Assembly (NCBI RefSeq): GCF_000146505.1
Contig: NC_017448.1
Span: forward strand, 870,001 to 902,000
Direction: 5' to 3'
Length of the DNA: 32,000 bases
DNA from: Fibrobacter succinogenes subsp. succinogenes S85
GTDB lineage: Bacteria > Fibrobacterota > Fibrobacteria > Fibrobacterales > Fibrobacteraceae
Under the pieces are notes generated by a model. That model had not been told where the DNA came from, did not search any database, and was given only the letters and a program-made list of their open reading frames with translations. The translations under genes and the position numbers were made by a program. Positions within the stretch are counted from its first letter, which is position 1. Every line of letters starts with the position of its first letter. Positions 14,742 through 23,600 of this stretch are shown piece after piece.

Positions 14742-16379
14742 CTAGATCAATCCTTCGAAGAAATTATTTCCCTTGTCATCGACCAAGATGAATGCCGGGA
14801 AGTCCTTAATCGTGATCTTGCGGATGGCTTCCATGCCGAGTTCCGGGAAGGCCACGATGTCGTTGGACAGAATGTTCTGTTCAGCGAGGATGGCTGCCGG
14901 ACCGCCGATAGAGCCGAGGAAGAATCCACCGTACTTCTTGCAGGCGTCGGTCACGTCCTGGCTGCGGTTGCCCTTAGCGACCATGATCATCGAAGCACCC
15001 TTGCTCTGGAAGCGCATCACGTACGGATCCATGCGGTTAGCCGTCGTCGGGCCGAAGCTACCTGTCGGCATGCCAGCCGGAGTCTTTGCCGGACCAGCGT
15101 AGTAAATCGGGTGGTCAGAAACAACCTTGAGCACGGTCTTTTCTTCGTCCGTGAGTTCTTCGCCGCGTTCCTGCTTGTCGAAGATTTCGGCAATCTTGGC
15201 GTGTGCCATGTCGCGGGCCACAATCATCGTGCCCTTGAGGGAGAGGCGCGTCTTCACCGGATACTTGGTGAGGTCGGCGAGCACTTCCTTCATGGGGCGG
15301 TCAAGGTCAATTTCGATAGCCGGAGCGAGGTTCACTGCGTTGCCAGCCGGGATGTAGTTTTCCGGATGGTGTTCCATCTTTTCGAGCCAAAGGCCGTTTT
15401 CGTCAATCTTTGCCTTGATGTTACGGTCTGCAGAGCAGCTTACGCCGATAGAAACCGGGCAGCTTGCAGCATGACGCGGAGCGCGGATCACGCGGACATC
15501 ATGTACGAGGTACTTGCCACCGAACTGAGCGCCAATGCCCGTCTTCTGGCAAATGTGCAGAACCTTTTCTTCCATTTCGAGGTCGCGGAAGATACGGCCG
15601 CCTTCGGAACCGGAAGTCGGAATATCATCGAGGTAGCCGCAGCTAGCGAGCTTCACCATGTGCGTATTCATTTCGGCAGAGGTACCGCCAATCACGATAG
15701 CAAGGTGGTACGGAGGGCAAGCGGCTGTACCGAGCGTCTTCACCTTTTCGGCGAGGAACTTTTCCAAGGACTTCGGGTTGAGGAGCGCCTTGGTCATCGG
15801 CCAGTAATAAGTCTTGTTGGCAGAACCACCGCCCTTGGCGACGAAGAGGAACTTCATTTCGGCACCTTCTTCGGCGTGGATGTCGATCTGAGCCGGGAGG
15901 TTGCAACCGGTGTTCTTTTCTTCGTACATCGTCAAGGGAGCAATCTGGCTGTAGCGAAGGTTCTTGGTGGTGTAAGCGTTGTAGACACCTTCAGAAATTG
16001 CTTCGGCGTCATCAAAGCCCGTCCAAACCTGCTGACCCTTGTGGGCAACGCAAATAGCCGTACCGGTATCCTGGCAGAACGGGAGGATGCCCTTGGCGGC
16101 AACGCATGCGTTCTTGAGCATGGTGAGAGCGACAAACTTGTCGTTATCCGAAGCTTCCGGATCCTGGAGGATCTTTGCGACCTTAGCCGTGTGGGCCGGA
16201 CGGAGGCAGAATTCAACTTCTTCGAAAGCAGCCTGAGCAATCTTTGTCAAAGCTTCCTTAGAAACCTTGAGAATCTTCTTGCCTTCGAATTCGGCGACAG
16301 AAACGCCATCTTTACCGAGACTTACGTATTCGGTTGTATCTTCACCGTGCTGGACGGTAGCTTCGTATTTGAATGCCAT
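14742..16379 (-). CDS. fumA: Class I (Fe-S, FumA/FumB-type) fumarate hydratase
   Basis: 545 aa, colinear by eye with E. coli FumA/FumB: [144 protein letters not shown]. The A versus B paralogue cannot be assigned. Confidence 0.95.
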   Translation of the reverse strand: MAFKYEATVQHGEDTTEYVSLGKDGVSVAEFEGKKILKVSKEALTKIAQAAFEEVEFCLRPAHTAKVAKILQDPEASDNDKFVALTMLKNACVAAKGILPFCQDTGTAICVAHKGQQVWTGFDDAEAISEGVYNAYTTKNLRYSQIAPLTMYEEKNTGCNLPAQIDIHAEEGAEMKFLFVAKGGGSANKTYYWPMTKALLNPKSLEKFLAEKVKTLGTAACPPYHLAIVIGGTSAEMNTHMVKLASCGYLDDIPTSGSEGGRIFRDLEMEEKVLHICQKTGIGAQFGGKYLVHDVRVIRAPRHAASCPVSIGVSCSADRNIKAKIDENGLWLEKMEHHPENYIPAGNAVNLAPAIEIDLDRPMKEVLADLTKYPVKTRLSLKGTMIVARDMAHAKIAEIFDKQERGEELTDEEKTVLKVVSDHPIYYAGPAKTPAGMPTGSFGPTTANRMDPYVMRFQSKGASMIMVAKGNRSQDVTDACKKYGGFFLGSIGGPAAILAEQNILSNDIVAFPELGMEAIRKITIKDFPAFILVDDKGNNFFEGLI

Positions 16380-16396
16380 AGTAGATAATAGGGGTT

Positions 16397-16430
16397 AAGG
16401 GTTAATTCGTTACTTTCGGCTGTAAAAATA
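16397..16430 (-). promoter_or_regulatory. Candidate promoter/leader of the fumarate hydratase gene (TATTTTTACAGCCGAAA ... TTAACCCTT)
   Basis: The coding strand reads TATTTTTACAGCCGAAAGTAACGAATTAACCCTT, ending 17 nt before the ATG. It shares TTTACAGCCG and TTAACCCT with the pgk upstream region at a comparable distance. Confidence 0.4.
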
Positions 16431-16559
16431 ATTCTTTCCATTGAAAAAGCCACCCAACTTTGTACCACTTATCCCCCAGAACCGACCGTTCATCTCCTTT
16501 TTTCACATTTTTTTTGAACTTTTTTACTTTTTCCATGACCAAAATCACAGAAGATGTAT

Positions 16560-16567
16560 TATTTTTG
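16560..16567 (+). promoter_or_regulatory. Candidate -7 promoter element TATTTTTG (Bacteroidota-type TAnnTTTG)
   Basis: Exact TAnnTTTG match 42 nt upstream of the ATG at 16609. This is inference only, by analogy with the related FCB-group phylum. Confidence 0.3.
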
Positions 16568-16608
16568 ATAACGAAACAAAAAAATTCATTTTCCAAGAGG
16601 ATTGAACG

Positions 16609-17310
16609 ATGAAAAAAATTCTGCTCGCCACGATGATTTCGGCAGCTATGGTTTTTGCAGCTCCGGCCGCAAAAAAGGTTAGCAAGGCAGCCACAGCAAA
16701 GAAGGCCGTTGCCGCCAAGGTAGAAAAAGCAGCCGAAGCACCAGCTGCAGTAGAGGCAAAGGCTGCTGAAGCCACCGCCGCTGCTCAGACCCAGGCCGCA
16801 GATGCAACAACAGCCGCTCAGGCACAGGCTACCGCAGTAGCTGATTCCGCAAAGGCTCAGGCAACTGACGCCGCTGCAGCAGCCCAGGCTCAAGCCGCAG
16901 CAACAACCGAAGCCGCCCAGGCACAGGCTACCGCAGTAGTTGATTCCGCAAAGGCTCAGGCAACTGACGCCGCTGCAGCAACGCAGGCTCAGGCAGCAGC
17001 AACCGCAGACTCCGCCCAGGCCCAGGCACAGGCAGTCGTTGACACCGCTAAGGCTCAGGCCGCTGAAGCCTCTGAAGTGCTCGAAGCCAAGACAGAAGCT
17101 CCGGTAGACTCCGCCGCTCTCGCCAAGGCCGAAGAAGAAAAGAAGGCTGCCGAAGCAGAAGCTAAGGCAAAGGCTGAAGAAGAACAGAAGGTCGCTCAGG
17201 AAACTAGCGGTACCGCTAAGTCCGCCGTCATGGACAATCCGTGGGAATTCATCGCCGTTTCTGCAGCATTCATCGCCTCTGTTCTCGTGATCATCTTCAC
17301 TGGGGACTAA
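16609..17310 (+). CDS. Alanine/glutamine-rich repeat protein with a signal peptide and a C-terminal membrane anchor
   Basis: MKKILLATMISAAMVFAAPAAKK is a signal peptide. About 150 aa are A/Q/T/K/E low-complexity helical repeats (AQAQATAV.DSAKAQATDAAAA), followed by an EEEKKAAEAEAKAKAEEEQK block and the terminal WEFIAVSAAFIASVLVIIFTGD-stop. GAGG lies ~9 nt upstream. Confidence 0.75.
   Translation: MKKILLATMISAAMVFAAPAAKKVSKAATAKKAVAAKVEKAAEAPAAVEAKAAEATAAAQTQAADATTAAQAQATAVADSAKAQATDAAAAAQAQAAATTEAAQAQATAVVDSAKAQATDAAAATQAQAAATADSAQAQAQAVVDTAKAQAAEASEVLEAKTEAPVDSAALAKAEEEKKAAEAEAKAKAEEEQKVAQETSGTAKSAVMDNPWEFIAVSAAFIASVLVIIFTGD
16807..17070 (+). repeat. Tandem ~99-bp (33-codon) coding repeat, about 2.7 units
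   Basis: The 61-nt core GGCACAGGCTACCGCAGTAG(C/T)TGATTCCGCAAAGGCTCAGGCAACTGACGCCGCTGCAGCA occurs at 16821 and 16920 with one mismatch. A third, degenerate unit starts near 17019. Confidence 0.85.
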
Positions 17311-17345
17311 TAAGCGATTCAAAGAACGCTTTTCCAAAAGTTTTG

Positions 17346-17374
17346 AGACCGCCCGCAAGGACGGTCTTTTTTTG
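17346..17374 (+). terminator. Rho-independent terminator of the Ala-rich protein gene
   Basis: AGACCGCC-cgcaa-GGaCGGTCT followed by TTTTTTT. Confidence 0.8.
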
Positions 17375-17587
17375 TAAACTTCTATATACAAATGTTTCTT
17401 ACAAATTCACCACACGATTGTTTGCGGGACAGTAAAAAAAATGAGCATTCTCTCTATATGCTACACTTATTCCCACCACTAAGAAAAATCACAAAATTAG
17501 AGTATAATTTGAGAACAAAAAAAGCTTTTCCCGTAAAACATTTTTACATAAATAATCTATTTTATCTTTTGAGAGAATATAATTAGA

Positions 17588-17614
17588 GGGCAAGACTCGT
17601 TTTGCCCGATTTTT
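17588..17614 (+). promoter_or_regulatory. Leader hairpin plus U-tract immediately upstream of the SD of giant GH9 gene 1
   Basis: GGGCAA-gactcgtt-TTGCCC (17588-17607) followed by GATTTTTA. The SD AAGGAG is at 17623-17628 and the GTG start at 17635. Confidence 0.35.
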
Positions 17615-17634
17615 ACATATGTAAAGGAGACAAT

Positions 17635-20600
17635 GTGAGTATTAAGAAGTATCTGTTAGCTTTGTGCGCTGCCACCTCTGTAATGGCAGCACAGCAGGAA
17701 CAACCGACTCCTTATGATCTGATTCGACCGACTTTCCCATTGACTTGGGATAGCACCGTATTCGATAGATTCGACACCACAGTTACGAAAAAGCACAACA
17801 TGGTGCCAAGAAACAGGACTCCGGCAGCATACGCCCCGAATGCCCTGATTCCAGACACATTGAATCAAGCCTACCTCGACGCCATCAACGTCCGCATGTC
17901 TCCTATCCGCGTTAACCAGGCAGGTTATCTGGAATCGGATCTGGAACGCCAATTCTATTACATTGGTAACGCCTCCTCCTTTGAAGTCGTTGATGTCAAC
18001 GGCAAATCTTTTAGCCCTGCTGTAATGGGCTCACTTACCCCTTCTGGTCAAAGCATTTCGTCGGACTGGACAATTATTGCAGGCACTAACGCCGCCACGA
18101 ACGACCAGAAACGCTACCAAGTTGATATCACCGGCCAAGCCGGCAAGCTCATGATCGGTCACATTCCGCAGGGCGTCCCAACCGACACGCGTCTCCGTAT
18201 CAAGGTCGGTAACGATATTTCGAGCACATTCATTATCTCCAACAAGGTTTACTCCATGGTGAAGGATGCCGCCCTCAAGTTCTACGGCATCAACCGCAGC
18301 GGTGATGGTGATTCCTGGTTCCATGCAGCAAGCCATATGAAGGATGGCGCCGGTGCTGTAGTGACGGGAGCAGAAGATGTTCGAGATCAGTATAACGCAG
18401 CTCTTGCTGGAACGTTGCAAGGTGGCTACTATGACTGTGGCGACCACTTGAAGGAATCCCAGACCCAGATGTACGCATTCATGGTTGCAGCAGTCCTTGC
18501 AGCAACAAACGCCGATGCCGACGAAGACCATTACGCATTCAACCATGGCGAAACGGTCAATACCGATGGTATGCCGGATATGTTGCGCGAAGCAAAGCAT
18601 GGAGCAGATTATGTGTTGCGAGCCTATATTCGCGCCAAGGGCGTGATTGACGACATGGCTCTTTCTGTGGGTAACTTTGGTTCTGACCACGGTTGGTGGG
18701 GCCGCCCCGAAAACAGCGACAAACTGCCTGTTGACGGATCTGCCGCAGCTACAGACCGTGGCGGTCCCATGTCGCGTACAGTGCGCCTAGGTGAAATTGG
18801 AGCAAACATCGGTGGCGAAACTGCAGCAGGCCTTGCCCTTGTGGGTAAGCTTTATTCTGAATACCCTGAACATAAGGCTTTTGCCGATAGCTGTTTGAAG
18901 GTTGCAAAGGAAATGTATGACTTTGCAAAGTCTATGGCTCAAGGCAAGGTTTATAAGAATAATACCGAAGCTGCCGGTTGGTCTTCTCCAGCCTACAACG
19001 GCAATAACGAATACTTTGACGACCTTGCGCTTGCGTCTGTTGCCCTGTGGTATGCAACTGGAGATTCGAAGTATGGCGATGATGCTATTCGTTCCAAGAC
19101 GCTTGGCACGACGGTTCCTCAGTCGTTCATGGAAAACTGCGTGGGCTGTTTCGACGGTGGCTGGTTCGTGACCGACAACAAGGGTTTCCTTAAGAATGTG
19201 AAGAACACCAGCTGGGCCAACGCCTATGCTTATGCGACCTATGCCCTTTACAAGTTGATTCTTGCTGACGAAAACAAGGCTATTAATGAATTTGGCATGA
19301 CCAAGGAAGAACGTCTCAACGCCATTGAAGACTGTATCATGAGCATGATCCATAACTTGAGCGATGTGAGCGCCGGTACGGCGACAATCACCTTGCCCCG
19401 CAAGGATCCTTCCAATTACATGGTTCAAGATATTGGCTGGAAGGGCAATGAAGTCAAGTACGACCCCATCTGGTACTCAATGCAGACGGACCAGACCTGG
19501 ATTTACAACCGTTACCAAGCGGGTAACATCTTCGAAGTTTTGGCTTATGCTGACGTAGCAAAGGATATTGAGAAGCAGAATCTTTCTCTTCCGAACTTGG
19601 GAACCCCTAACTGGAAGGCCGACGAAATGTTCCAGTTGGGTATCAACCAGCTGAACTACCTCTTGGGCGTAAACCCGTGGGATGTGTCATACATTTTGGG
19701 TATCGGCGACAAGAACGACGCCCATCCGCACCACCGCGCAGCAAACCCCGAAGGCAAGAACCAACCGGGTGCCGCTTACAAGTATAATCCGCCTGTAGGA
19801 GCACTTTATGGCGGCGTGACTCCGGGAACGACGAACTCCATGGTTCCTGACAACAAGAGCTGGGAAGACTACCACAAATCTGAAACCTGTATCGATGCTG
19901 CCGCAACGCTCGTCAGTTCGGGTATGATAGCTTCGGCCAAGTTTGACCGTACGGCCGCACCGGACATTAGCGTAGAAATCCGCCATGTGAGCATGGACTC
20001 GGCGATTGTCATGATTAAGCTCACTCAGCGCGGCACAACCGTCATTTCTTACGGCACAACTGAAGGCCAGTACACTCTAAACGCAGTAGACTCTGTTGCC
20101 GGGATCCAACACGAAATGGTTTTGCGAGGTCTCACCCCAGGTACGACCTACTACTTCTACGTTACCGGTTCCAACGCTTACAAGCCAGAGAACTCAAAGA
20201 CAAAGTTCCTCGTGGATAGCACGCAGACTCCGTTCACATTCACGACACTCAGCACCATCGAAAACGCAAACATCGCAAACGTTACCGTCTGTAACGTCAG
20301 TGCCGACAGCGCCGAAATCATGTGGTACACCCCGAACGGAGAATACGAATCCAAGATCTACTGGGATACAATTCCGCACTCCAAGGCCGAAGAATTTGCA
20401 TTCAATACAGGAACGGGAAATGCAGACGTGTCCGGCATTCCGACCCAGTTCCACTACGTAAAGATTGGCGGACTTAAAGAAAAGACGACCTACTATTTTA
20501 TGGTCGAAAGTAACGGCGTACAGACTAATGTCGACGACAAGGGCAACCTCCTCAAGTTCACGACGCCTGTCGGCTGGTACGATTTCTCAGTCCGCGCCTA

Positions 20601-23600
20601 TCAATACGAATTTGGAGGAACGGAATTCCTAAATCTCAACATTTACAATAACGAAGCACGCGCATTCGACAGCCTTACTTTGCGCATGTACTTCAGTGCA
20701 AAGCCCGAAGAAGTAGAAAAGTGCGCCACGTTGATAGACTCCGACATCTGCCAAGCTTACGACGAAGCAGGCTTCAACAAGCCCTGCGAAAACGACCGCG
20801 AACTCCGTGACTTGATGCGTGCCGCATTACCGGTCCGTTTGGACGACACATACAATCCGACAACAGGTAAGTACGCTTACTACTTCCCAGTGCCGCTGGG
20901 TTCCTCGATTATCAAGTCCCAGTCTCGTCTGCGTGTTGATTTGACCTATTCTTCGGGTATTAGCAATGATGGCTACAAGACTTGCGAAACTCTTCGTGCT
21001 CCGGCCAAGAAGCACATGGACAAGACTACAGGAGACTGGTCTTGGGCTCCGCACGAATTCCTCGTCGATGGCGCAGACTATGATGGCATGCCTCAAGAAG
21101 ACAAAGACTACGGCGACCTTGACAACGATATCCCGGTAAACCCCTATATTGTCGTTTATCGTAAAAACGAATTTATTTGGGGTTTCAGCCCTTCCAAGAG
21201 CGAAATGGAAACCAAGAAAGCAAACTACCAGATGGACGTGACATTTGACCCTCCGTTCAACGTCTCCAACGGTTCCCATATCGACATTGACCAGACTAGC
21301 AGCACCGTCCATGTGACTGGTTACGCTCACATCACTGAAGGTGGCTACGTTACAAAGATTTGGGCTAACGGCGTACAGATCAGCGGCGAAGCATTTGCTG
21401 ACGGTACCGACAGATGGCTCTTGAACGAAGCTGGTACAGAAATTATCGCCAAGTACAATATGACCACCGACATGTGGGACCTCGATATTCCGGTCAAGAT
21501 GGGTATCGGAAGCAACAAAATTGACATCACCATCTTTGCAGGCCCGAACCCCACATGTGAAAAATGCTCCGAAGGCGGTGGCTGCGCATTTGAGAACAGA
21601 AACTACTATATCAACTTCTCCAAGGGCGATGCTACAGCCTCGACACTTGTCATCAAGGATGCTGCAGGCAATCCGATTACAAGCCCTGCAAATACCGATG
21701 GCACAGTATTCTTTATTGACTTGATGGACAAGGATAAGATCAAGGGCAACGTGCAGACGCTCGAAGTCCAGGTTCTCAACAACAAGAAGAACGATGTCCT
21801 CAAGGTCACCTTAACGGCAGACGCCGCCAATCCGGGTCACTTTGTCGGTGGACCGATTACAGCAGTCAGCCACTCCAAGGAAACTAGAAACGCAGCTTCC
21901 GAGATTTCGTTCTTTGCAGGCGACACCATCCAGGTTGTCTATACCGACCCGGATGACGAAGACGATGTTTCCAAGCAGACGTTCTACGCTGAATCCAAGG
22001 TTCCGTCTCCGCAGACCGTTCTCGCCGAAGACAGCAACTGCGACAACAAGGCCGACCAGCTTAGAATCGTTTTCACGAACAAGCTCAGCGCCGATTACCC
22101 GCTGGATAGCATCAGGTACTTTATCGAAGGCATGAGCGATACGGTCAGCGTTCCGCTTGTCGCAGCAAACTATACAGACAAGAACGAAATCCTCATCGCT
22201 CTTGACACAAGCCTCATTCCGACCAATGCAAATCCGTCCGGAAAGATTACGACTTACGTCGCCGACCGCGGTGTCGCAAACGCCGAAAGCGCAAAAATTA
22301 CCGATGGCATCCTCCCCACTCTCGTGAGCGTGTCCATCCTCGAGAAATCGGACAACGACGATAGCGGTCTCGATACCGTCATGATAGCCTTCTCGGAACC
22401 GGTCATCTTCTCGAACATGAACGAATGGCCGCTCGTGATTGCAGGTACAACTAGCGCACCGACTCTCGCGGCAGCCCCGACGACAACGAACAACGGCAAG
22501 AGCTGGCAATTGATTATCAGCGGAAACGTGAACAATTCGCTTGTACCGATTGGAGCTTTGGCTAGTGCAAGAACGACTGGCGGATTTACGATTACCGACC
22601 AGAACTTCAACCAGATTAACCCGGCCGGCTGTAACCCGAGCGTCCCAGTAACGCTTATTTCTCGCCCGGTCCCGGTCTACCATGCCGATATGATCGACAA
22701 GGAAGGCGACGGTGTTCCGGATGTGGTTTACATCGTATTCGAAAGAAAGCTCAAGCCGAAGGATGTCTTCGACAGCATCGTAACAGTCTGGGGAAACCCG
22801 GGCATTACACGCTCGTTCATCACGACAGCAGATACGACCGGAGGCGTCATTGTGCCGAAGGAAAGCTACTGGACTATCCGCGATACGGTTTCGGCTCCGT
22901 TCACGATACAGATTGATTCTGTTACGACAAAGGATTCCGTCAACACCTATAGCATTATCGAAATCACTATTCCGGCAACACACGCCTATCCGTATGGTTC
23001 AACAAGTGGCGATAGAGATGGTAACGGAACCGTTTCCCCGCTCAAGGGTGCTGCAAACGGCTTCTTTGAAACGAACTACACGCTGTACGACAAGTGCGCA
23101 CCGGTCATTTCGACCGCCCGTATGATCAAGAACGGATTGCTTACCGTCAACATCTCGGAACCGGTAACGGTCCTCGATGCAGGCAAGTACATCCAGCGTG
23201 AACGCGATGAATTCATCCCGTCTCAGGCACCTCAGGGAATGGGCAAGAGCTTCCTCTTCACCTACAACGAGAAGGATAACGTATTCCACGCCGGAGACCG
23301 CGTCCGCCTCGTTCCAAACATTCTCGGTTCTGCTTACGTCGACAAGAACAGCAACACTCCGACTATAGCAAATCCCTACGTCCGTATCACGGGTGACGAC
23401 AACATCCGCTTCTCTGTAACGCTTTCGAAGCCGGTGTCCACACCGAAGGCTGGCGCTTACATGGGTCGCCCGGAAAGCGTCTCCAACGATGCATTCGTAA
23501 CATCCGCAGTCATCAACGGCAAGCACAACTTCATCAACGGAGACGGAACCGTCATCGGTCAGGTAGACACCGCAGCCTACTTTGGCTCGGGCCCGAACTT

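Noticed and set aside
16807-17070. The regularly spaced ~99-bp repeats were checked as a possible CRISPR-like or satellite array.
   Set aside because: The repeats are contiguous with no unique spacers, are in frame, and lie inside a well-supported coding sequence. They are a coding tandem repeat.
16402-17391. 329-aa minus-strand ORF rich in Cys/Gly/Ser/Leu, overlapping the Ala-rich repeat gene.
   Set aside because: It is the mirror image of GCN-rich alanine codons (GCA/GCC/GCT read antisense as TGC/GGC/AGC). The + strand frame has a signal peptide, SD, promoter-like box and terminator, and the minus frame has none of these.
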